Notes under the pieces: generated by a model
Database searches by the model: none
Told to the model about the DNA's origin: nothing
The model's input: only the letters and a program-made list of their open reading frames with translations
In this document: positions 45,039 to 55,181 of the stretch, in pieces
Layout: every line of letters begins with the position of its first letter
Numbering within the stretch: position 1 is the first letter of the stretch
Assembly (NCBI GenBank): GCA_963846335.1
Contig: CAWJVS010000020.1
Location: 30,238 to 94,237 of the forward strand
Reading direction: 5' to 3'
Origin: an uncultured Bacteroidales bacterium
GTDB taxonomy: Bacteria; Bacteroidota; Bacteroidia; Bacteroidales; VadinHA17
DNA: 64,000 nucleotides
Translations under genes and position numbers: made by a program

Positions 45039-45119
45039 GGCGAAGTCTCCAGACTCGCCGTCTGTTAATTGTAGTCTGAAGACTACATTATATTCCAAGC
45101 GAAGTCAGGAGACTTCGCT
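45039..45119. promoter_or_regulatory. Three related palindromes/hairpins sharing AGTCT/AGACT arms, with centres about 30 bp apart
   Basis: The three sites are GGCGAAGTCTCCAGACTCGCC (45039-45059), GTAGTCTGAAGACTAC (45071-45086) and AGCGAAGTCAGGAGACTTCGCT (45098-45119, 9-bp stem). Their centres are 45049, 45078.5 and 45108.5. They lie in the divergent region between the propeller/redox operon and asnB. Confidence 0.5.
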
Positions 45120-45343
45120 TAACAGACTTCACATAACGGATTGCATATTACAATTTTAATAATTTAATCAAAAAACAGTATTATATGTTTATAATTTATA
45201 TTTAAACAGCCATATAGCTTATATATATTTTGTATACCAATATAAAATTATATCAATTCGATTATTTAATTTCAAATTTATTATTAGATTTGCTGCCGGA
45301 AATTTGAATTTTAAACTCATTAATATTTTGAAAGGATAATAAT

Positions 45344-45691
45344 ATGTGCGGAATTGTCGGAGTATTTGATCTGAAAGTCAACTATATGGATTTGAGGGAA
45401 AGTGTTCTTAAAATGTCAAAAAGAATCAGGCACCGCGGTCCTGACTGGTCAGGAATATTTTATTGTGAGAAGGCAATCCTTGCTCATGAGAGGTTATCGA
45501 TTGTTGATCCTCAGTCGGGGAAACAGCCTTTATACAGCAAGGATAAGAATCTTATTCTGACAATTAATGGTGAAATATACAATCATCAGGATATACGCAG
45601 GCGTTATGAAGAATCCTATGAATTTCTTACTCATTCCGATTGTGAAGTTATTCTGCCTCTCTATCGCGACAAAGGATCCTGCTTTTATTGA
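45344..45691 (+). CDS. asnB: Asparagine synthase (glutamine-hydrolysing), N-terminal fragment
   Basis: MCGIVGVFDL (Cys2 nucleophile), HRGPDWSG, HERLSIVD and NGEIYNH. It breaks after YRDKG (GGATCCT, near 45675). Confidence 0.9.
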   Translation: MCGIVGVFDLKVNYMDLRESVLKMSKRIRHRGPDWSGIFYCEKAILAHERLSIVDPQSGKQPLYSKDKNLILTINGEIYNHQDIRRRYEESYEFLTHSDCEVILPLYRDKGSCFY

Positions 45692-46997
45692 GGAATTGAA
45701 CGGGATTTTTGCCTTTGCCCTCTATGACAAAGAAAAAGACTGTTATTTCATTGCACGTGATCATATCGGGATAATTCCACTATATATGGGCTGGGATAAG
45801 TTTGGCAATTTCTATGTTGCATCGGAACTAAAGGCACTTGAAGGTGTTTGCAACAAGATAGAGGAATTTCTTCCAGGTCATTATCTGTACAGTAAGGATG
45901 GAGTCATGACCAGGTGGTATAAACGGGACTGGATGGAATATTCCGCAGTAGAGAATAATGAGACAAGCATTGAGGATCTGAAAATAGCCCTTGAAGCTGC
46001 CGTTCATCGTCAGCTCATGTCTGATGTTCCCTATGGAGTACTGCTTTCAGGTGGACTGGATTCATCGATTGTATCTGCAATTGCTAAAAAATTTGCACCG
46101 AGAAGGATTGAAACAGAAGACCAGACAGCAGCATGGTGGCCTCAGTTGCACTCCTTTGCAGTCGGACTTGAAGGTTCTCCTGACCTCGCTGCTGCAAGGA
46201 AGGTTGCAGATCACATCGGAACTATTCATCATGAAATTAATTTCACGGTACAGGAAGGTCTTGATGCAATCAGGGATGTCATCTATCATATCGAAACTTA
46301 TGATGTGACAACGATAAGGGCTTCAACACCCATGTATCTGCTTGCCAGGGTTATCAAATCGATGGGAGTAAAGATGGTTCTTTCGGGTGAAGGTGCTGAT
46401 GAAATTTTCGGCGGATACTTGTATTTCCATAAAGCACCTGATCCAAAAGCTTTTCATGAAGAGACTGTCAGGAAAATAAGTAAACTGCATCTCTACGACT
46501 GCCTGCGTGCAAATAAATCTCTTGCAGCATGGGGCGTGGAAGGACGGGTGCCTTTCCTTGACAAGGAATTCATGGATGTGGCTATGCGTCTGAATCCAAA
46601 AGACAAGATGATAAACAAGGAGAGAATGGAAAAATGGGTACTCAGAAAAGCTTTTGAGGATTACCTGCCTGCAAGTGTTGCCTGGAGGCAGAAAGAACAG
46701 TTTTCAGATGGCGTAGGTTATAACTGGATTGACACGCTTAGAGCTCTGGCAGCCAAAAAGGTGACTGATGAACAGCTGGCAAATGCCAAATACCGTTTCC
46801 CTATAAATCCTCCGATGTCCAAAGAAGAGTATTTTTACAGATCAATATTTTCTGAACACTTTCCTTCCGATTCCGCAGCATCATGTGTACCATCGGTTCC
46901 ATCAGTTGCATGCAGCACTCCTGAAGCAATTGCCTGGGATGCATCTTTCAAAAACATGATCGATCCCTCAGGACAGAGCAGTGAAAAGTGTTCATAA
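45567..46997 (+). CDS. asnB: Asparagine synthase, main fragment
   Basis: PAFIEELNGIFAFALYD and SGGLDSS (PP-loop). The tail DPSG then shifts: the true end RAVKSVHNDSYK* is in the +1 frame and stops at 47013, implying an extra C near 46972. Confidence 0.9.
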   Translation: MVKYTIIRIYAGVMKNPMNFLLIPIVKLFCLSIATKDPAFIEELNGIFAFALYDKEKDCYFIARDHIGIIPLYMGWDKFGNFYVASELKALEGVCNKIEEFLPGHYLYSKDGVMTRWYKRDWMEYSAVENNETSIEDLKIALEAAVHRQLMSDVPYGVLLSGGLDSSIVSAIAKKFAPRRIETEDQTAAWWPQLHSFAVGLEGSPDLAAARKVADHIGTIHHEINFTVQEGLDAIRDVIYHIETYDVTTIRASTPMYLLARVIKSMGVKMVLSGEGADEIFGGYLYFHKAPDPKAFHEETVRKISKLHLYDCLRANKSLAAWGVEGRVPFLDKEFMDVAMRLNPKDKMINKERMEKWVLRKAFEDYLPASVAWRQKEQFSDGVGYNWIDTLRALAAKKVTDEQLANAKYRFPINPPMSKEEYFYRSIFSEHFPSDSAASCVPSVPSVACSTPEAIAWDASFKNMIDPSGQSSEKCS

Positions 46998-47148
46998 TGA
47001 TTCATATAAATAATAATCTTAAGGAATTGTTTTTCAATTTATTGTTATAATTTTAGGGTGGACAGCTGAAAAAGTCCATTCTTATTCCTTTGGGTGTGTT
47101 TGCCAGAGAGAGACTTTTTCAACAGCTCCGGTAAATTTATAAGCAAAG

Positions 47149-48671
47149 ATGAAAAACAGTTTTTTATATGTTCTGTTTGCAGTATTTGAATTGGTCACAT
47201 GTGCTTCCTGCCGGAAAAATGAACCCTTGCCAAATATTGTTATTATTTATGCTGATGATCTTGGATATGGCGATGTGAGCTGTTATGGCGCTACCCGGAT
47301 AAGTACTCCGAATATTGACAGGCTTGCTGCCGGAGGATTGCGTTTCACCAATGCACACAGCACCTCATCAACCTGTACTCCTTCACGATATTCTTTGCTG
47401 ACAGGTGAATATGCCTGGCGCAGAAGCGGCACAGGCATACTGACAGGCGATGCACCGGCAATTATCAGTCCCGGACGAACAACAATCGCAACAATTCTGA
47501 AGAATGCCGGATATAAAACCGGAGTTGTCGGAAAATGGCATCTTGGCCTGGGTCCTCCCGGCGGGGCAGACTGGAATGGAGATATACCTCCGGACCAATG
47601 GATATCGGATTTGATTATAATTTCATAATTCCTGCAACAGGCGACAGGGTACCATGTGTTTATGTTGAAAACAGGAAAGTTGTTAACCTCGATCCCTCTG
47701 ATCCTATTAAAGTCAGTTTCAGTGAACCAATCTATTCTGAACCAACCGGAAAGGATCATCCTGAACTTCTGAAAATGCATCCCAGTCATGGCCATGATAT
47801 GACAATTGTAAACGGGATAAGCCGAATCGGCTATATGAGCGGCGGAAAATCTGCCCTATGGATCGATGAGGATATTGCCGATATCATAACCGGAAAAGCT
47901 GTAAGATTCATTAAGAAAAACAGGAATAAACCATTTTTTCTCTATTTTTCCACTCATGATATTCATGTCCCCAGGGTACCTGCAAACAGATTTGCCGGAA
48001 AAAGCGGAATGGGACCAAGGGGTGATGTCATACTGGAATTCGACTGGTGCGTGGGTGAGATTATGAAAACAATCGATAGCCTTGAATCTGTCGGAAAATA
48101 CAATAATAATTGTGACAAGCGATAATGGACCAGTTGTTGATGATGGCTATCAGGATCAGGCAGTTGCCAGGCTGAACGGGCACACTCCTGCAGGACCACT
48201 GAGAGGAGGAAAATACAGTCCTTTTGAAGGAGGAACAAGGGTAGTATTTATTGCAAGATGGAATGGGAAAATCGTCCCGGAGTTTCCGATGCTCTTTTCA
48301 GCCAGATTGATCTGATGTCCTCGTTTGCATCGCTGACAGGAGAAACACTCTCCCCGGAAGAAGGACCCGACAGCTTTAATCATATAGATGCCCTGCTTGG
48401 AAAAACAGGAAAAGGACGGGAATGGCTGGTTGAGCATTCCGGCAGGCTGTCAGTTATAAAAGACGACTGGAAATATATTGAACCAGGATCCGGTCCTAAA
48501 ATTCAGGTCAACACTAATTCTGAAACAGGCAATGATCCTGATCCGCAGCTTTACAATATAAACATTGATATTGGTGAAAAACACAATGTTGCAGAACATA
48601 ATCCCGAACTTGTTAAGGAATTGACCGAACTTCTAAAGAAAATTAAGGATGAGGGCAAATCGAGGTTTTGA
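47149..48671 (+). pseudogene. Arylsulfatase (Cys-type, CTPSR), split into 4 ORF fragments by 3 frameshifts
   Basis: The fragments 47149..47628, 47535..48125, 48082..48315 and 48258..48671 read through as one sulfatase. Motifs: IYADDLGYGD, STCTPSRYSLLTG, GKWHLG, TSDNGP, GGKYSPFEGG. Confidence 0.85.
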
Positions 48672-48689
48672 ACAAATAATCAGAAAGAA

Positions 48690-50229
48690 ATGATGGATAT
48701 TAAATCAGCATTGGGAATTGGAATGGCATCACTGGTGACCAGTGAGTGCAAGTGCCCAGAAGGCAGCTTCTTTCAAACAGTGCACTCCTAATATTGTGCT
48801 TATCCTGATGGATGATATGGGCTATGGAGATATTGGAAGGACAGGAGCAAATCAGTATGAAACACCCAAATCTTAACCGACTTGCCAATCAGGGAATGCA
48901 GTTCACCTGGTACTATTCCCCGCAGGCTGTAAGCAGCGCCTCAAGAGCCGGATTGCTGACCGGTTGTTATCCTAACCGGATCGGTATTTCAGCGGAGCAT
49001 TGATGCCATGGGCTGAAGATGGAATTAATTCAGAAGAGACTACAATTGCTGAAATGCTTAAGAACAAAGGGTATCACACCGGAATAATCGGCAAATGGCA
49101 TCTTGGACATCATAGAGAATTTCTGCCTCTCCAGCATGGATTTGATGAGTATTACGGCATTCCGTATTCAAACGATATGTGGCCGGTTGATTTTGATGGA
49201 TTCCCGATGGCAGATAAAAGATACAACAAGTCACTAAAATGCGTTATCCTGTTCTTCCCCTTAATTGAAGGAAATGAAAAAGTGGGAGAGGTGAGAACAT
49301 CTTGCAGATCAGGATAAGCTGACAACCGATCTATACTGAACGAGCTGTCAAATTCATTGAAAAGCATAAGAACGAACCATTTTTTCTTTATCTTCCTCAT
49401 TCAATGGTACATATTCCTCTTGGCGTATCTGATAAATTCAGTGGAAAAAGCAAACAGGGTATGTATGGTGATGTTATGATGGAGGTTGACTGGTCAATTG
49501 GAGAAATAATGAAAGCCCTTGAAAAGAACGGGACTCGATAAGAATACCCTTGTAATTTTTACAAGTGATAATGGACCATGGCTGAACTTTGGAAATCATG
49601 CAGGAACAACAGGCGGTCTCAGAGAAGGAAAAGGATCAAGCTGGGAAGGGGGACAGAGAGTGCCCTGTATCATGAGATGGCCGGGTGTTATTCCTGAAGG
49701 TGAAATATGCAATAAACTATCCGGTTCCATTGATATTCTTCCAACACTTGCTGCAATAACAGGAGCAGACTTCCTGAGAAAAAGATTGATGGTGTAAGTA
49801 TTCTTCCTCTTATGCTTGGTGACAAGAAATGCAGCTCCACGTCATGAATTCTATTATTACTACCAGCAGAACAGCCTTGAAGCTGTACAGCGCGATTACT
49901 GGAAACTGGTTCTGCCTCACACCGGCAGAACATACATGGGGACATATGCCCGGCAAGGACGGCTGGCCCGGACAAACCGGATCTGAAACCTAACCAAAGC
50001 GAAGTTATATGATTTCAGACGTGATCCGGGAGAGTGGTATGATGTATCTGAATTATATCCTGAAAAAGTAAAAGAGCTTCAGACTCTTGCTGAAAAGGCA
50101 AGAAAAGATCTCGGAGATGATATTACAGAAACTACCGGAGCCAACCGGCGTAAAATAGGACTTAGAATGAAAAACAGCGAATCACTTGAAATGACTACCC
50201 CAACCCCCAGGGGGGCTTCAGCAATCTAA
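48690..50229 (+). pseudogene. Sulfatase (Ser-type, SSASR), broken by at least 10 frameshifts
   Basis: Pieced across frames: [125 protein letters not shown]. Several breaks fall in A4 or C4 runs. The 3' boundary is uncertain. Confidence 0.75.
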
Positions 50230-50349
50230 GTCTCCTGTGCAGCATTCAGGGCTTTAGCTGAATGCAGTTATCAGTATTGTACGCTCTTTGCTCACAACAA
50301 GCCCAGCAACCAGAAACACCCCAACATCCTATGGATCTCAACTGAGGAT

Positions 50350-51912
50350 ATGAGTCCGCACCTGGGTTGTTATGGCGATCTGGTTGCAAAAACACCCAAT
50401 ATCGACCGGCTTGCATCACAGGGTATCAGCTTTAATAATGTATTCACAACAGCTGCAATAAGCGCTCCGGTACGTGCAGGAATGATTACAGGAATGTATC
50501 AGACATCTATAGGTTGCATGCATATGCGGACAACATCTTACCGCCGGGGTGTTGAGAATCCTGTCGAATTCACTGCTGTTCCTCCTCATTATGTAAAAGC
50601 TTTTACCGAATATCTGAGAGCTGCAGGATACTATTGCACAAACAACAACAAAACAGATTATCAGTTCTCCAAAGATCCTGTTCCGGCAAGCATCTGGGAT
50701 GAATGCAGCACAAAAGCCCATTACAGGAACCGAACAGATAAAAACCAGCCTTTCTTCGCAGTCTTCAACTGGATTGGTACTCATGAAAGCCAGAACTGGG
50801 ATATCTCAAATGTAAAGACAGATCCGATAGGTGTCCCTGTTCCTCCATATTATCCTGATAATGAAATAGTAAGACGAAATATTGCAAAGATGTATGATAA
50901 TATTGCAAGACTCGATTCAGTTGTAGGAGCTCTGATTTCTGAGCTGGAAAAGGAAGGTGAGCTTGATAATACAATTATTTTCTTCTGGGGCGATCATGGT
51001 GATGGTCTGCCAAGGGCTAAAAGATGGCTTTATGATTCAGGACTAAATATACCTCTTATTATTAAATTCCCGGGAAATGAAAAAAATGGAACTGTTGATA
51101 AAAGACTGATCAGCTCAATCGACTTGGGACCAACAGTTCTTTCACTTGCAGGAGTCCCGGTGCCTGCACACATGCAGGGAATTCCGTTTCTTGGTGATCA
51201 GCAGGGAGAACCAAGAGATGCAGTTTTTGCTGCACGCGACAGGGTTGATGAATCTTATGATATGATAAGGTCTGTCCGTACAAAAAACTGTCTCTATATA
51301 CGTAATTACTATCCAAATGAACCCTTTCCCATATGGGTGCCTTACCTGAATAAAATGCCGATTTACCAGGAGATGCTCCGTCTCGATGCCGAAGGAAAAC
51401 TTACCGGACCTCAGAAAGCATGGATGGCTTATTCACGGCCTCCGGAAGAGCTTTATAATATTGCAACTGATCCTTACCAGATTAACAATCTTATCAATGA
51501 TCCGGCTATGAAAGTGACACTCTACGATATGCGTGAGCTGATGGATAAGTGGACCCTGGAGACAGGCGATATGGGACATATGAATGAGCCGGAGATGATA
51601 GAACAGATGTGGCCGGGAGGAAAACAGCCTGTAACGGATATTCCATATTTCATTTTAAATTCACCGGAAGAGCGTGGTATCAAAGAACTACAGAACAGGC
51701 GGAACATACTCATCTCCGATGACACTAGCTTTTATTGCCCGACACATGGAGCATCACTCGTTTATACATTTGAAGATTCAGAGAAACCTCACTGGCTCTT
51801 ATACAGCGGCCCATTGCATCTGAAAAGGGGAAATCACAATATACGTGTAAAGGCCGTAAGATATGGTTATAAGGAGAGTGATGAACTAAAAGGAAACTTC
51901 ATAATAAAATAA
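50350..51912 (+). CDS. Sulfatase (Ser-type, ISAPVR)
   Basis: The 520-aa ORF is intact from an internal Met. The frame continues upstream as PNILWISTED. A leader ATG at 50262 (MQLSVLYALCSQQAQQPETP) is one frame off across a C4 run near 50318. Confidence 0.8.
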   Translation: MSPHLGCYGDLVAKTPNIDRLASQGISFNNVFTTAAISAPVRAGMITGMYQTSIGCMHMRTTSYRRGVENPVEFTAVPPHYVKAFTEYLRAAGYYCTNNNKTDYQFSKDPVPASIWDECSTKAHYRNRTDKNQPFFAVFNWIGTHESQNWDISNVKTDPIGVPVPPYYPDNEIVRRNIAKMYDNIARLDSVVGALISELEKEGELDNTIIFFWGDHGDGLPRAKRWLYDSGLNIPLIIKFPGNEKNGTVDKRLISSIDLGPTVLSLAGVPVPAHMQGIPFLGDQQGEPRDAVFAARDRVDESYDMIRSVRTKNCLYIRNYYPNEPFPIWVPYLNKMPIYQEMLRLDAEGKLTGPQKAWMAYSRPPEELYNIATDPYQINNLINDPAMKVTLYDMRELMDKWTLETGDMGHMNEPEMIEQMWPGGKQPVTDIPYFILNSPEERGIKELQNRRNILISDDTSFYCPTHGASLVYTFEDSEKPHWLLYSGPLHLKRGNHNIRVKAVRYGYKESDELKGNFIIK

Positions 51913-51918
51913 TAGTAA

Positions 51919-53492
51919 ATGCAGACTGGAGCAAAATTATTTTCGATTCTGGGAATAGCATCTGCGTATCATCCTGCTCAGATTCCTTACCCAAATCTGA
52001 CCGACCGAATATAATTTATATAATGAGCGACGACCATGCTTATCAGGCTATTAGCGCATATGGAGGAGCACTGAAAGATTATGCTCCCACACCAAATATC
52101 GACAGGATTGCAGGTAACGGAATGAGGTTCGACAGATGCCTTGTTACAAATTCAATATCAGGACCATGTCGGGCAGTTGTACTCACCGGAAAATACAGCC
52201 ATCTTAATGGCTTTATTGCAAACGACGGCCAGGAACCTTTTGACGGAACTCAGCAGACATTCCCCAAACTGCTTCAGAAGTCAGGATATAATACTGCAAT
52301 GATCGGGAAATGGCACCTGGGATCGACTCCGACAGGTTTTGATCACTGGGAAATTTTACCGGGACAGGGCCATTATTACAATCCCGATTTTATTAACAAA
52401 GAAGGTACTCATACCGAGAATGGTTATGTCACAGAAATAATAACCGGAAAAAGTCATTAAATGGATAAAAGCAGGTCATGAACACCGGGAAACCATTTAT
52501 GCTCATGATGCATCATAAAGCCCCTCACCGCGAGTGGCAACCAGGTCCAAATGAGCTTACTCTCTATAAAAATGTCACCTTCCCCGAGCCTTCAACCCTG
52601 TTTGATGATTATTCAGGCCGCGGTACAGCGGAGAAAACACAGGATATGACAATTCATAAGACCATGAGGCTGGAAGAGGATCTTAAGCTTTACAGAGACA
52701 AATCAAAAATGAAAAATACAGGGCTTAACCGTATGAATCCGGACCAGATGCAAGCATGGGATTCAGTATATGATCCAATTATTAGACATTTTTATGGATC
52801 AGCCCTGAAAGACTCTGACCTCATACGCTTCAAATACCAGCGATATATGCAGGATTACCTTGCCTGTATAGCAGCAGTAGATAAAAGTGTTGGAGAGGTG
52901 CTGGATTTTCTGAAGGAAAATGGCCTTGATAAGAATACTGTGGTTATTTATGCTTCCGACCAGGGATTTTATCTTGGAGAACATGGATGGTTCGATAAAA
53001 GATTGATGTTCGAACAATCTTACCGAACTCCTTTGCTTATCCAGTGGCCGGGAGTAACAAAACCCGGCAGTGTTAATGAGGATATGGTCTCGAATATTGA
53101 CTTTGCTGAAACATTTCTCGAAATGGCTGGTGTATCAGTCCCGCCTGATATGCAGGGCAGGAGCATGGTCCCGGTACTAAAAGGTGAAACGCCGGCTGAC
53201 TGGAGAAAAGAACATTATTACCATTATTATGAATATCCAGGATATCATATGGTAAAACGTCATTACGGCATCAGTACTGAACAGATATAAGCTTATTCAT
53301 TATTATTATGATATAGACGAATGGGAACTATTTGACCTTAAAACTGATCCTGATGAGATGAAAAATGTCTATAACGATCCGGCATATTCCTCAGTAAAAG
53401 AGGATCTTCATAAAAGGCTCGTGGAACTGATGATCAAATACAAAGACAGTGAAGAACTGGCAAGGTCATTACTGCCGGAAAAGAATAATTAG
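51919..53492 (+). pseudogene. Sulfatase (Ser-type, SISGPCR), broken by about 4 frameshifts
   Basis: Leader [15 protein letters not shown] at 51919. Then [67 protein letters not shown]. The C-terminal [27 protein letters not shown] is in a third frame and ends at 53492. Confidence 0.8.
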
Positions 53493-53506
53493 TAGAACCG
53501 AATTTT

Positions 53507-55060
53507 ATGTATAATCCGAAAAACATCCTGTTCAGCTTTCTGACAGTAATCCTGATTGCCTCTTGCAAACCCGGGACTTCTTATACATCACTGCCGCGCA
53601 GTACTCCTGAATCAGAGGGTGTCTCATCGGAAGCAATCCTGAACTTTGTGCAGGCGGCAGATAAAGAAGTAAATGAAATTCACAGTTTTATGTTTTTACG
53701 GCATGGGAAAGTTATTGCTGAAGGCTGGTGGAATCCGTATCGCTCTGATCTTAAGCATACTATGTATTCCTTAAGTAAAAGCTTCACTTCCACTGCAGTT
53801 GGCTTTGCCGCTGATGAGAAACTTCTGACAGTCGATGACAGGGTGATCTCGGCTTTTCCTTATGAAGTACCAGAGACACTGGCCACCAAGCTTGCCAGCA
53901 TGACTGTTAAAGATCTCCTTACCATGTCTGCCGGACAAGATCCTGATCCTACATTCAGAGTGACCAGGAACAGTGAAAATTGGGTGAAAGCTTTTCTAAA
54001 CCTTCCGGTTATATATGAACCAGGCACAAAGTTTCTATATAACTCACTGGCCACATATATGTTATCAGCCATAGTTCAAAAAGTAACAGGTCAGAAGATC
54101 ATCGATTATCTTACACCAAGACTTTTCGAACCACTCGGTATCACAGGAGCTGACTGGGAGTTGAATTCGCAGGGAGTAAATACGGGAGGGTGGGGGCTGA
54201 GGATCAGGACCGAGGATATTGCCAAAGTAGGCCAGTTGTACTTGCAGAAAGGCTCCTGGAATGGGAAGCAGATATTGTCGGGTGAATGGATTGAAGAGGC
54301 TACCTCATTCAAGATAGACCAGGCACCTGAGGCTCCAGGGGAAGTAAAAGACTCCAGCGACTGGATGCAGGGTTACTGCTACCAGTTCTGGCGCTGCCGG
54401 CATAACGCATACCGCGGCGACGGGGCCTATGGTCAGTTCATGATCGTTATGCCTGATCAGGATGCTGTTATCGCCATGACTTCTCAGACAACCGACATGC
54501 AGAAAGAATTGAATCTTGTATGGCAATATCTGTTACCGGCAATGAAAAATGAAAAGCTTCCACCCAATGAGAAAGCAGAAACAGAACTGAAGGAAAAACT
54601 GTCCACACTGGCTCTTCCAATATACCGGAAACTCGATTCATCAACACTTGAAAAAGATATATCAGGAAAGACTTATCTGGTTCAATCAAATGAGAATCAT
54701 ATAAATAGCATTAAACTGGATTTCAGCGATTCCCTTGTCAGCTTAACCATGAAAAAAGACTATACGGATTATGTTATTGATTTTACACAGGGAAGCTGGC
54801 ACTTTAGTGATACTGAACTTCAGGGACCCAATCTGGTGCCAAATAAGAAAATTGAGCTCCTGCGTCCCTTTAAGATTGCCGGAAGCTATACCTGGCTGGA
54901 CAATAATACGATTGAATTCACCTTAAGGTATATCGAAAGCCCTCACACTGAGACCATAACCTGCATCTTCCTTGATAACAAAGTAGGGATCTCAATGAAG
55001 AATATTTTCAATAAAAATAAAGTAGAACCGCTGATAGAAGGCATGACTGCTGATATTTGA
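53507..55060 (+). CDS. Serine hydrolase, beta-lactamase (class C/esterase) family with extra C-terminal domain
   Basis: 517 aa with a lipoprotein-like leader (LIASC). SxxK motif YSLSKSFTS, a later YNS (YxN), and a GGWG region. Confidence 0.75.
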   Translation: MYNPKNILFSFLTVILIASCKPGTSYTSLPRSTPESEGVSSEAILNFVQAADKEVNEIHSFMFLRHGKVIAEGWWNPYRSDLKHTMYSLSKSFTSTAVGFAADEKLLTVDDRVISAFPYEVPETLATKLASMTVKDLLTMSAGQDPDPTFRVTRNSENWVKAFLNLPVIYEPGTKFLYNSLATYMLSAIVQKVTGQKIIDYLTPRLFEPLGITGADWELNSQGVNTGGWGLRIRTEDIAKVGQLYLQKGSWNGKQILSGEWIEEATSFKIDQAPEAPGEVKDSSDWMQGYCYQFWRCRHNAYRGDGAYGQFMIVMPDQDAVIAMTSQTTDMQKELNLVWQYLLPAMKNEKLPPNEKAETELKEKLSTLALPIYRKLDSSTLEKDISGKTYLVQSNENHINSIKLDFSDSLVSLTMKKDYTDYVIDFTQGSWHFSDTELQGPNLVPNKKIELLRPFKIAGSYTWLDNNTIEFTLRYIESPHTETITCIFLDNKVGISMKNIFNKNKVEPLIEGMTADI

Positions 55061-55100
55061 CCATTTTCAGCTTGCAAAGATTTTCAATAACCTTATAATT

Positions 55101-55178
55101 AGTCTCAGTCCCTCAGTCTCTCAGTCTCTCAGTCTCTCAGTCTCTCAGTCTCTCAGTCTCTCCGTCTCTCCGTCTCTC
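55101..55178. repeat. Octamer microsatellite (AGTCTCTC)n, about 9.75 copies
   Basis: There are six perfect AGTCTCTC units (55115-55162). One AGTCCCTC unit and a partial unit lie upstream, and two CGTCTCTC units lie downstream. The array ends 3 nt before the anSME stop codon (55182-55184) and sits in a convergent spacer. Confidence 0.95.
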
Positions 55179-55181
55179 TTC

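Noticed and set aside
55101-55178. Possible CRISPR array or other spaced-repeat locus.
   Set aside because: The unit is 8 bp with no spacers, which makes it a microsatellite. No cas genes are present in the window.
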